The notes beneath the pieces are model-generated. The model made no database searches. It was not told where the DNA came from and saw only the letters and a program-made list of their open reading frames with translations. DNA of 61,372 nucleotides, filler included, from Trichosphaerium sp. ATCC 40318 (Eukaryota; Protista; Tubulinea), in NCBI GenBank assembly GCA_038496445.1. It is 3 parts of 3 records of this genome, joined end to end, with 100 filler letters (N's around TTAATTAATTAA, not from the genome) between each part and the next. Parts side by side here need not be neighbours in the genome. Positions count along the whole stretch, not along the records: positions 37,497 to 61,372 come from JALMLS010000425.1; 2 more parts are not named here. One strand, given 5' to 3'. Positions within the stretch are counted from its first letter, which is position 1, and every line of letters starts with the position of its first letter. This document shows, one piece after another, positions 46,708-58,344 of the stretch. Both the position numbers and the translations under genes were made by a program.

Positions 46708-48864
46708 ATGGACTTATCACGGACTCGGTCTAGAGTTAAAAAAAAAGTAAGTTCGGACAGGACCCTATTATTATTTGGCACCCTGACATTTTTTTTTTTT
46801 TTTGCAATAAAGGACTGCGCTGGTCCTAACTTTCTACCAGGTAAAAGAAACAAGTCAGCACCAACATCAACTTCCACCAAGAGACGCACAGTGACACCCA
46901 TCAACGAAAACTCTCCAAAGAGAAGGAAGATGGACCCTGAGTTAGATGGTAAGTGTAATCATATAATTTTCGTTTATCAGACTCGGACCCTACAGTAATC
47001 AATCTAATGTGGACACAGGGACCCCAAAACACCCCTGTCTAAAAGGATGTGGACACAACCATAAGGAACACACTCTCCAAAGCGAAATAAGTGGTAGTGA
47101 TAGCACCAAGATGGAAGTGTCTTATTGTGATGATGAAGGTAGGCTTTTTAACTAAATAGATATCTGTAAAAAAAATCAATCTAACAACTAAAAATAGATG
47201 ATTTTGAGCTTCTGTCCCCTTACCTCAAGCGGACTCAGGACCTATCAGAACCAGTAGGTATATATGACAGACACATATACAGGCGGACAGGGGCGCCTAA
47301 AAGTAGACCTGTCCTTCTGTTAACACACCTTACTTACTTTTTGTTTAAATAGTTGTTGATTTTGATGATGACAGAGATGAAGACTCTGCAAAGAAGCCCA
47401 CCAATCTCTATGAGCGCAATAACTGTTACACCAAAGGAAAGGGAATCTATGAGTACGAATTGTTTAAGACAGGGGTGTTTTAGGTGTCCTTTGGTCCTTC
47501 AAAACCTCTTTGTGTGACACAATAATCTTAACATATGTCTTTAGGATTCCACTGTATTTATTGTATTTGTACAGTGTCCTTGCATTTCGAAATGTAGATA
47601 TCAAGGAAGAGTTCTATAAAGAAGGTCCTTGCCTGCATGTTAATGCACCTCTCAAGTTTGGCAGATACTTTCAAATCAAGCAATCATCTAAAGGCTACTA
47701 CAGGTTCTTTATACAATCAAGAAGCGTTCCAATGCACACTCTTTTTACTTTTGGTAAACACTTGGTTTACCCGCCAGAGAAGACCCAGGCTGCCCACATT
47801 TGTGGTAAATGCTGTATATGTCACTCTCCATATTTTGTGTCTGTGGAAGCCAACAACAATCAGAAATATTGCTCTGTTTCGCTTATAAAGGATGATGAAG
47901 GTATGAAGGACCCACAATTTTTTAGTTAGGTCTACTTTTTGGGAAACAAGTCCATCTCCACAACTCAAGCGTACTATATTGACCCACACTGTAGGTGTGT
48001 TGAAGCTAAAGAACAATTGCCTTGGTAGCTGCGCCAATGTTGCCTGCACTTACATTAGCAACATCAAGGAGAATGATTCAGGTCTTGAGGGTGATGCGCT
48101 CTTGGCCAAGTTGGCTGAATTTCCTGAATTTTGCAAATCAGAATATGACCTTCCTCCTGCTCTCATATCTCTCTCTGATGTACCTGGATATACTAGATTG
48201 TACCCATCATGCTTCATCTGCAATACAGGATTCTCTACATTCGGACAAATGGTTAGACATGTTTATGAAGAGCATGCAAATGAATCAGACAAGACCATGT
48301 AAGTTATTTATTATTATTTTTTTTTTGGGACCAGTTTTGTTGAGACAAGGGTGTTTTTATGAGTCCCTGGTCCTTTTGTAGTGTTTTTGAGTCCCTGACC
48401 CTCATTGTAGGTATATTGCTATTCGAAGGCTCAAGAATGCTATTGAAAATGGAGACACTGAAATACACCAAGAGGTTTGTATGAGTGAATACAAGTCATT
48501 TAACTGTCTTTTTGTTGAAAAAAAGGGAATTCCATCAGTTACTCTTACATTTTTGAGAGGCCTTGCCCAAACCCGTAAAAAGACTGCAAGAAGGCGGTTG
48601 TCTAAATTGCTAACAGGGACACAGTGCAAACTCAAGTTTTGTAAGTTTTGTAGTGTACATTGCACTCACTATTACTTTGTTCACTGTGTGTTTGTTAAAG
48701 CATTTCCTGGATATGATATTATTGATGGAGTGGCAACAATGGCTGCAATGAAGACTATTTTAGAACAACCAATACCAACAGACACTGCGCTTTTCATTAA
48801 GGAGTTTAAATGTAAATACTTTGAGATAACTGGTAAAAACCTTGAGGATGCAGACTTTGAGTAA
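46708..48864 (+). CDS. Multi-exon protein with an NLS-like N-terminus, a His-Cys-box (I-PpoI-like) endonuclease domain and a C2H2 zinc finger
   Basis: The spliced product contains PKRRK, HTL...AAHICGKCCICHSPYFVSVEANNNQKYC...CLGSCANVAC and CFICNTGFSTFGQMVRHVYEEH. The start exon is uncertain. Confidence 0.65.
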
Positions 48865-48912
48865 AATACTGCTAAATAAATAAATTTTTTTTTTATGAGT
48901 CCACAGTCTATG

Positions 48913-48923
48913 TAGGGTTAGGG
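48913..48923 (+). repeat. Telomeric seed TAGGGTTAGGG
   Basis: About 50 nt after the stop and AATAAA of the His-Cys gene. Confidence 0.6.
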
Positions 48924-49848
48924 TTTTAAGAGATGGACATTAGTACTTTGTTAGGTTAACTATTTGGCATTGAGTCCTTACAGACCGTACCAATGGACCG
49001 TAACAGTGAAGGAGTGACCTTCCGCCCTGTGCTTTTTATAGTATTATTTGTATGTATTATTTTTTAGGAAGCTCAACTGAGTTCCAGGGTTTGTTGTAGG
49101 AGACGAACCAGGGTCCCAACCTGGTCCAGGCCGCAAAGTTTTACCGGAGACTTACAAGCATACAACCAGGATTGAACCCGCGACTGACTAACCAGTCGGA
49201 CACTCAACCTTGGTCTCAACAACATACTATGATGTGCGCAAATTATAGATGAAGATGTGACATTTCAAGCAGTTTTTGAAGGACTAGACAAGGCTGACAA
49301 TACAAAATCAGACATGGCGAGTAGCAAACAATCAAAAGCTCCACCCTAAAATCCGTTTTTTGTTTCCAGCCTTTTTATTTCAAAAACATTGCAAATCGCA
49401 CCAGTTACCAATAAATCAACTCATGTGGCTACACCAGAGCCACTAATACTGAGCGTCTTTCCTCCCTTCATTTGGGTTTTTGTTAAAGTGTTTGCAGGTC
49501 TCTACAACCTTTTCGACATGTGCCTAGACTCAACTCATAACTATAAAAGATTAGGGAAGTGAGAGTTGTTTATGGTACAACCAAATTTTAAGGCGGAAGC
49601 ATGAAAGTGTTGTGAAGATGATGGGATAACTGTTTATATTTGTTGTGAAAGAAATACATCCTTGCAACTTCTCCGTCTAGACATTAGACCCTTGTGCACC
49701 CACGTTTACTTCAGTTGCGGTTATTCACTATATTTACTGTTCCTGGCAGAACACAAATTGTCTTTGTTAGAGTTTGCAGCGAAAAGTTGCTTGAACACGT
49801 GTTCATTTTTTGTGAGTTTAAAGCACAAAATCTCCTCATAAACGCAAT

Positions 49849-51646
49849 ATGGGCGTCAACACCCTCCTCTTGTTAATCACTATTGTGTGCTCTTCTGAAT
49901 GCGCAGTAAACGTATTATCAGGACCTAGCTTAGGAAGAAAAATACGTTCATCTCAATGGCAAAATAAGCAATCTTTTGTAAAACCAACAAATTACTCACT
50001 TGTCCGATATAAAAGTGGATTAAAAGGTACTATTTTGAAATTGTATAACACACCTTTTATCGCTCAAATTACCCAACACTAACTCAAAACATAACAGGTG
50101 ACGCTGTGTTACTTTTACACTCGGAGTTAAGTAGCAGATCGATAATAGAGTCTAGTAAAGAGTACAAGGCATTAGTATTAGCGTGGTCCAATGATTACAT
50201 GAGTCCTGGGTGTTCCATGTATTTTTTTTACGGTAAATGACCTCACGTGCTTGTTCGAACAATTTTGAAGATGTTCTAATTTTGGTTTCTAGAACAATCG
50301 TCACGTGATTTGACAGTACCAATAATAGAAATTAATCCAGATGAAGTTCCAGAGTTATTTTCGAATGATAGTGTTCTTATTACCATAACACCAGGTACGT
50401 AGCAAGTATCATATCTAAAAATCAGCCGTAAAAAGCTAAAAAGATTGGTTTTTTTGAATAGGCGAAAACAAATGCTACGAGTACTTTACAAGTGGTTGGC
50501 ATACATTTTTTCAAGTAACACTATCTATATTTTGCTTGAGTGTTGTGGGACTATGTTTGGTGAGGTATGTATTTCAGAAATAGTGTAACCTGATAACACC
50601 ACTTTACAACTTATCGTACATATAGATTGTACCAGCACTATGTTAATAGAGCTTGTGGAATATCTTTGGCTATTATTGCAATAAGCATAGAACTCTTTGC
50701 AAGTGCACGTGCGTATATTCTAGTTCTTTTTTGTATAAGTATTTACTAACAGAGCTCATTAGTGAAACTTATCAGTATTGTCAACTTTTTGGGATCTCGT
50801 CGTTTGTATCACTATCAAGCAGATACCTTTTTTCTTACACTAAGTACACCTTTTACTACAATCACAAATGTGATGATAACAATGTTTTGGTAAGGAAATA
50901 CATAACCTCCGTTTTCAGGAAGTAACAGTTTGTAATTAGGCATGAAGCTCTTGTTTATAAAGGAGTAGTTGTACACAAGTTTTTGCACTCAAGGCTATTC
51001 AGAGCACTCTTTATTGTATTATTCTCGCTGCTTGTTGTTATGGAACTCGTTGCATCTATTGCTCGTATAGCTACTAACCAGTCTCCTCGTGCTGTAACGC
51101 TGTTACCTCATGTACTTAATTTTGCTACTAATTTCGCCACATTGATCTACAGCACTTTCATCCTCAAGCATGTGCGTGATTTCTTCAATAATCCAAAGCT
51201 ATCTATGCTTAACTAGTGTATAGGTATATGATAAGGTTTCTGAAGGAACTAAAGACAAGCCGTCATCATCTGAGAAAATGATAAAAAAAGTACACTAGCA
51301 ATGATCTAAAATTAGCAAAGCCACCTAATCTGTTTTAGATACGAACACGTATGGTTGCCAACACAATACTACTGTCGTTACTTCTTATCGTTATTGTAAT
51401 TTTAGCTATACCTCCACCAAAGAATACAGCTGTTATTGCAACAACGTTGAGTACAGGTACACTATATGCTCTTCAAATGGGATTGTCTTTCTTACAGGTA
51501 AGAATGTACATTGAGTATGTGTTCTAACTTGTTGTGAAAAGGTGTACTCATTCCAAGCCCCTATAAAACCTAAGAAGGCAACTGAACAGTATGTGGCGAC
51601 AACTAAGAAACAAATGAAAGAATCTATTGACAATACAGATGATTGA
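49849..51646 (+). CDS. Signal peptide, ectodomain (possibly PA-like) and about 7 TM helices; GPCR-like, multi-exon
   Basis: Leader MGVNTLLLLITIVCSSECA, segment LTVPIIEI...VLITITPGEN, then successive hydrophobic exons and a charged tail ending at TGA 51646. Confidence 0.65.
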
Positions 51647-52993
51647 ATGTTACTACACTGTAAAATCTGATTTGGTTTTATATCGGAATAGTTTCTGTAC
51701 CTACAAGATTATTAAAGCTTGAACTGTAAACCCCACAGAATATGTTGAGCGCAACGTGTCAAAGCCCCGCAGCGTATTTGCACGGTGATAGTTTTGGTCT
51801 TGTTGAAGCACCCCACACCCAACAAGACTAGTTAATGTTCACTGAACGCCTGACTTGAAGTAAGTAATTGTTAACTGCAAACGCACATGGAGGTTCCTGT
51901 AGAAATTTGGCATTTTATTTTTGCGCTATTGAAGCAATCTGTTGTGGATCAACGTAATTTGGTAAATACATGCAAGTTTATAGCTCAAGCGATGCCATCT
52001 TTACAACCACGTACAGAAATACACGTAATAAAACGAGAGGTACCGTAATCATGTTTTCAGCCTCCGTACGTCTGTCAATAAACAAAACGCACCTAGATGA
52101 CATATTTGCGCCCTGACGACCGCGAAAAGATGCTGAATGGCCTAAAAACAAGCCATAGGTTTGGTTTATATACTCTACCTTCCGTTTCAAGGTTTTTAAA
52201 GCGATTACTTGTAGTACGGCATTCCTCGTTCCTAAACTGATCTAATACTTATCTTAAGAGTACCAATGATGAACGTACTCTTGTATCAATGCTAATTAAG
52301 CATCATTACGACACTTGGGACTCAACAAAATTCAGCGCAAAGGAAATTTTTGGAGAAAAAACAATAAGAGTTTTAAAGGACTGGGTTGCTGTTGGTACTG
52401 TGTCTATTGATAGTATTGAATCTTTTATTGATTTAGCCAATACTGATAATATATCTTGGAATGCTAGATTGTATATATTGGAATGGATTAAGAAAGAACG
52501 CAGGCAAAAATTGCTTGATGAATAAACTTTTTTTCCTTTTTATTTCTTACTATTTTTGATTGCTATGTCCGATGCCTCTAGTTTCTTAATTGGTACGAGA
52601 ACAGTTCCTGCAATCCCGTTTGATTTTAATTTGTTTGTTTGGTTTTTTTCTGTTATTGTATGTTGTAATTTAGTAGGGATGGTGGGTGGGTGATAATCCG
52701 AAGAGACGATGCAATCAAAGAATAAAAAGGGCTAAAAAGAGAAATACAATTTCGTATTTTAAGTCTTGTAACAATAACTTCAATAGTCACTGCTACACAG
52801 GACAATGAATCATAACTGACGAGATAACAAGTGTTATATAGGTATTAATAAGTAAGGTTTGTATGTATACATAAGTTATGGGTAGCTATAGCGTTATATC
52901 CGGAGTAGTACTAAACAACACTTAAATTATTGGAATTTTCTCTTGCACGACATGTGCGAGGTTCAGGTTTTATTTGTAAGTCAACATAAACTG

Positions 52994-54055
52994 TTACTTT
53001 TTACGAAGTAAACGGTCAATAAAATCACCTGAAGTTTCGTCAAAAAACGTTACAGAAGGAACACCCTTCAATGCTTTTATGCCAGCTTCTGTAACTTGTT
53101 TACAATTATCCACAACAATAGTATTAACTCCAGTTAATGCTTTGATACCATCATTTGTAACACTCTCACAATGCCATAGTTTAATTGTATGAACACCAGA
53201 CAATGCTCTGATGCCATCGTCTGTAATATGTGCCATGCTTAAGTCAATTGTATGAACACCTGCTAGTGCCTTGATTCCATCATCTGTAACAGAGTCACAA
53301 TAAAATAGTCTGATTGTATGAACACCAGACAACGCTTTAATACCATCATCTGTAATATGGTTGAAGCTTAAAGAAATTGTATGAACACCCAATAATGCTT
53401 TGATGCCAACATCAGTAACATATTTACAACTGCACAAAGAAATTGTATGAACACCAGCCAATGCCTTAACACCATTGTCTGTAACACTACAGCCATAAAG
53501 TTTAATAGAATGAACACCAGCTAATGCTTTAATACCATCGTCTGTAACATTTGTACATTTGCTTAAGTCAATCGTGTGAACACCAGACAACGCTCTAACG
53601 CCCTTATCTGTCACATTTGCGTTCCATAATAAAATCTTGTGTACTCCAGCAAGTTGTACAAGGTGATCATCAGTAACATACTTACAATTAAAGAGGTCAA
53701 TACAGTTAACAATGTTGAGGTTTGTAAAATCAACCTTAAGCAAGTCCTTTCTCTTTAAACTTAGATCGTATACTCCTTGTAGATACTTTAGATGCTTTTG
53801 CTTGATGGAGAATCGAAGAGTAATACTATTGGTGTGTATGAGGTGTGGTAGTTTTTTGAAGAGCTCTTTCAGCTTTTTTGGTGTTTTAAGGACGATTTCT
53901 CTTGTGTTTACGTATCCCACGTGATTTATTGCGATATTTGATAAATGTTTGGATGTACGAACAACTGAGTGCATAGTTAAGAGCGAGACATATTGTAGAA
54001 TATGAACAATGACTTCAACAGGTATCTCATCAAAGAATGCGCTGTTTTGGTTCAT
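52994..54055 (-). CDS. Intronless F-box plus LRR protein
   Basis: FFDEIPVEVIVHILQYV, then about 10 GVHTI.L..C..VTDDGIKAL repeats. Confidence 0.92.
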   Translation of the reverse strand: MNQNSAFFDEIPVEVIVHILQYVSLLTMHSVVRTSKHLSNIAINHVGYVNTREIVLKTPKKLKELFKKLPHLIHTNSITLRFSIKQKHLKYLQGVYDLSLKRKDLLKVDFTNLNIVNCIDLFNCKYVTDDHLVQLAGVHKILLWNANVTDKGVRALSGVHTIDLSKCTNVTDDGIKALAGVHSIKLYGCSVTDNGVKALAGVHTISLCSCKYVTDVGIKALLGVHTISLSFNHITDDGIKALSGVHTIRLFYCDSVTDDGIKALAGVHTIDLSMAHITDDGIRALSGVHTIKLWHCESVTNDGIKALTGVNTIVVDNCKQVTEAGIKALKGVPSVTFFDETSGDFIDRLLRKK

Positions 54056-54645
54056 TTTTCTGTATACTAGTGAGAAGTAGTTTCTAAGCTAAAGCTGAAC
54101 GGTTTTAGGTAAACTTAAGCTTGCGATTGTATTTTTGTGTTAAGTCAAACCGCTGTACTTGATTTACAACACAACTATTGTCTGTCGCAGGCAAGTTTGC
54201 GGAGAAAACCAAGCCTGCTACCTAGCTTGTGCCTTAATATCACTGTCGCCTTGTTACAATTTGACACTTCTGTCAAATGGTGTAGAACTATCGCAATGTG
54301 CACTATTTGCCTGCCATTAATCACAATGCTGGCATCATAGTACGACGTACGTCCCTTAAGTGATAAACACATTTTTGATGTCAGCTTGAGCATTCCGCCA
54401 AACGCAGACGATGCCTCAAACACTATTTGCCGTTTATGTTTGCTTTAAAAATCAACGTACGCGTATATAACTTACAAGCTATACCTTTACCTACTCCACA
54501 CTAACAGAAGCGCTGTCGCAGCATTCAATAACAAAGCAGTTATATTGACATAAAAACCTCTCACAACAGTACCAACGTTGCTGTGGGCGCTGCTAGGGTC
54601 AATATGTTCGTAAAACTTTTCGGTAGATTTGTTAAATCATGTGAC

Positions 54646-55160
54646 CACATGCAAAAAATCATCGTAAACCATACTATAATAAGACTACTAGTGTTATTCA
54701 TGGTGAGTATAAGCGTTGGTTTGAAACTGGTCAACTTGAAGAACACTGCTATTTTAAAGACAGATTAAAGCATGGAGAGTATAAAGTTTGGTATCGTAAT
54801 GGGCAGTTAAGAATCCATTGTTTCTATGTTAAAGGTATAGCAAAAGGCGAATATAAAAGTTGGAACCTAGATGGTGTAGCTCAACATAGCTTTCGTTTAG
54901 AATGTGTAGAGCTATAAAGGAAATTTGGCAAATGTCAACAAAAAGGGTAGCCTTGGAAACATCATTTTGTTTAAAATCTTATGGAAAGCAAGACCTGACG
55001 TTTTATCCCACGTGCAGAGCCACAATAGAATCTTGTATCAAATAGTACATCACCTTGTGTTTTTTGTTGTACATGTTGTGCTTAGTTTTCGTCAATGGTA
55101 AAAAGTAAGGAGTACCTTAAATCAACACGTGAAGGAGATAAAAGAAAAATATGTATGTGA
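54646..55160 (+). pseudogene. Direct duplicate of the 3' end and downstream flank of the F-box-MORN gene (about 59233-59720)
   Basis: Near-identical sequence, for example aaagacagattaaagcatggagagtataaagtttggtatcgtaatgggcagtta, with no 5' part. Confidence 0.9.
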
Positions 55161-55984
55161 AAAACATAGTAAAGAGCATAATGGTATGCACCAGAATACC
55201 GGTTATAAGTCCTCGACTATTTTAGGAGCTGCACCAGCGCTTTCCAGCTCCAGGGTTGTCGACATGTCAGGAAATTGTATTTGTAAATGAGAGAAAATTC
55301 TGAAGGATCTCTGTGGTGACTAACGGTGAGCACTAGAACACCGTGGTTTATTAGTCTTTCATTACTTAGAAACTGCACCAGCGTTTTCCAGTTTCGTAAG
55401 TCTTAACATGAGTATGTATGTGTACTGAGAGATTATCAAATCGCTACATTGGAAGTAGAACCAAGGGTTTTAAGTTGTGTTTGCCCCTAGCTGGCTTGCC
55501 AGTTCGAGACATTAATCATCACGTGTATTTCCAAAAAAAAAACTCAACACGTGATAACAAGCAAACAAACAAAAAAAAAACCCTTCATCTGTAACGTGCA
55601 GCGTCACCATGTTCAGTATGCATTCTTTCCAAGTATTTCCACGAAGATATTCATAGCGAACTTTGACGAAATACACAATTGTATTCTCTGAATGTATTAC
55701 GTAATTCACTAATAAATAACGCTACTATCCTACAACTAAGGCCACGTCTCTCTTACACGTATTCTCATATTTCGTGTGCCCTTTAACGTTCAACATCACT
55801 TGTGGGACTGTAAAAAAAACCTAAAATCCAAAAATCATTCCCAAAATATTCGTTTTTTCTTCTTGTAGAAAAACCACGTGGTTCCCTGGTCAATCGCAGT
55901 TTTGCCGGCTATAATTACGCTCCCACTTACTTGAAGTTGTTTCTAGGCATATCGCCTGCTACCTGTAGTACTAAGGTGCACAAA

Positions 55985-57436
55985 ATGAACTCAGACAGCG
56001 CATTCTTTGATGAGATCCCCGTTGAAGTCATTATTCATATTCTACGGTTTGCTCCCGTGTTATCTATGCGCTCAGTAGTACATACATCTACATTATTATC
56101 CAATGTCGCGATACAACACTTGGGGTATGACGACAGGAGAAGTATACGAATGAATACAAGAAAAAAGCTTAGACGTCTATTCAAGGAAGCCCCATTCCTC
56201 ATAAAGAAACATACAATTGCCATTGACTACGCTATCAAACAAAAAGACTTAAAGTACCTACAAGATGCTTATGCCCTTGAACTGAAGGAAGTTAACCGAA
56301 AAGTTGATTTTACAGACTTTAATGTAATTGATGGCATTGACTTTTCTTACTGTTATAACGTGACCGATGATCATCTTATACAACTTGCTGGAATACGTAA
56401 AATTAAATTATACAAAGCATTTGTTACAGATGAAGGTGTTAAAGCATTAGCCGGTGTTCGTATGATTGACTTGAGAGAATGTGGTGGTTTCAAGCGTATC
56501 ACAGATGACAGTATTAAGGCTTTAGTTGGTGTTCAAACACTTAATGTACAAGGAACAGATGTTACAGATGATGGTATTAAAACATTGTTACTTGCAGGAA
56601 GCATTCACTCGATTGATATTAGTAATTGTAGGAACATAACAGATGGTTGTATTAAGGCGCTAGCACAAGCACGTGTTCATACCATTTCTTTAGGGCATTT
56701 GAAGGTTACAGAGGAATCTATCAAAGCACTAGGTGTAGCTGGAGTTCATACGATTAATCTTTGTAGCACAAATGTTACAGATGATGGTGTTAAATCATTT
56801 GCTGGCATTCACAATATTGATTTATCGAACTGTGATCTTGTTACAGATGAAGGTGTTAAAGCATTATCTGGTGTTCATACAATTAATTTAAATAATTGCA
56901 AGCGTATTACTGATGAAGGTGTGAGTGCATTGGGAGGTGTGCATGTAATTGATTTATGTGGTTGTTTTCGAATAACAGATGAAGGTGTTAAACCCCTAGC
57001 TGGTGTTCATACAATTAGTCTATCATATACAAAAGTTACAGATACTGGCATCAAGGCTTTGGGTGGTGTTCACACTATTCGTCTCTGGTATTGCAATGTG
57101 ACAGATGATGGTATTAAAGCACTGGCAGGCGTTCATACAATTGACTTGGGTGATTGTACTAAGATAACAGACGATGGAATTAAAGTATTAGCTGGAGTTT
57201 ACTCAATTAACTTGAAAGGCTGTACCCTTGTAACAGACAAAGGGGTTAAAGCTTTAGCTGGTGTTCACGAGATAGACGTGTCCTACTGTAATAATATTAC
57301 AGATGATGGGATAAAGGCACTGGCGGGTGTATATGCAATCAATATAACGAGTTGTATGCTTGTTACAAAAAAAGGCATCAAGGCTTTAGGTGATGCACGA
57401 ATAGTACGAAATTTGGGCGATTTGTTAAACTACTAA
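55985..57436 (+). CDS. Intronless F-box plus LRR protein, inverted paralogue of 52994-54055
   Basis: Starts MNSDSAFFDEIPVEVIIHIL and has about 15 LRRs of the same family. Confidence 0.92.
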   Translation: MNSDSAFFDEIPVEVIIHILRFAPVLSMRSVVHTSTLLSNVAIQHLGYDDRRSIRMNTRKKLRRLFKEAPFLIKKHTIAIDYAIKQKDLKYLQDAYALELKEVNRKVDFTDFNVIDGIDFSYCYNVTDDHLIQLAGIRKIKLYKAFVTDEGVKALAGVRMIDLRECGGFKRITDDSIKALVGVQTLNVQGTDVTDDGIKTLLLAGSIHSIDISNCRNITDGCIKALAQARVHTISLGHLKVTEESIKALGVAGVHTINLCSTNVTDDGVKSFAGIHNIDLSNCDLVTDEGVKALSGVHTINLNNCKRITDEGVSALGGVHVIDLCGCFRITDEGVKPLAGVHTISLSYTKVTDTGIKALGGVHTIRLWYCNVTDDGIKALAGVHTIDLGDCTKITDDGIKVLAGVYSINLKGCTLVTDKGVKALAGVHEIDVSYCNNITDDGIKALAGVYAINITSCMLVTKKGIKALGDARIVRNLGDLLNY

Positions 57437-57527
57437 TGTTAGTATGTTAACAAAAATAAAAGTAGTGTTACATGAATTTAAGTGTTTGTTGCGCACAGTA
57501 TGTTAATTCACACGAGTACAAAGCATA

Positions 57528-58082
57528 CACCTTGCTGTGTCTTGAACTAAACCCTTGAATACCATTGGTGTAAAAGAAATTGAACAACTTTGAGGACCAC
57601 AGTGATTTGTTTCAAATTTAGGGATTGTATTAATGCCCTTCCGTATCCACAAAATGGTTTATTTTGTGCGGTACTGGCAACTGGTCACTCACAAATCCAA
57701 ATCTTGACGGTTTGCGGCAAAAAAAGCGATATTTGTCTACCGGCAGCACTTTATGTGTGTAGTATTGCCAGATTGTCTACCTTAGAGAAGTACTAATGAT
57801 GGTTTTTTAATAACAACCTGCAAGCGCTATCAAATTTGTATGTGTGGGACTTGTGGGCGTAAGTCAATCCGTCAACTCGCAAACTTCTCGACCGTTTACT
57901 GTCAGGCAAATAGTATGAATAGTAATGAATGAATCTTTTTACTCATGAATATGTAAGGAAGTGGTCTTGACCGCCTTTTGGCGTAGCTGTAAGCTAGACT
58001 TCCTTACAAATACTGGCTGTATTTGAATATACGTAGTATTCATGAGTAACGGAAGGGCATTAGTGTGTATTCAGGCGAGGTG
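57528..58082 (+). ncRNA. Candidate large structured non-coding RNA of unknown class
   Basis: Nested long-range helices of 8, 8, 14, 13 and 11 bp plus a four-way junction. G-U pairs favour the plus strand. Confidence 0.55.
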
Positions 58083-58344
58083 CAAGATATTGTAACTAAA
58101 ACATGGCAGAAAGTGAGTAGAGCTTTGATAAGAATAACAGATTGTGATATTTGGAAGTATAGTCAAGAACTCACAAGATCGAATTCTTAGTTGTCTGATG
58201 GCTTTGTGTTGAATGGCTTGCTTGTATCAGAAGCAATCCCGGTTATTGATATTAGTACTACACTAACTACAAGTCACGTGGAGAATCAAACAGGAAACTT
58301 GTTGACCTTTAAGATTTATTGTTTTACTAAACGTTGTACGCAAT

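Noticed and set aside
52289-52525. 78-aa ORF followed by AATAAA
   Set aside because: Possibly a terminal exon, but no upstream exons or family could be established.
58150-58170. GGAAGTATAGTC resembling the group I intron S element
   Set aside because: No matching R element (GACUA) or P7 pairing was found upstream, and there is no host exon context.
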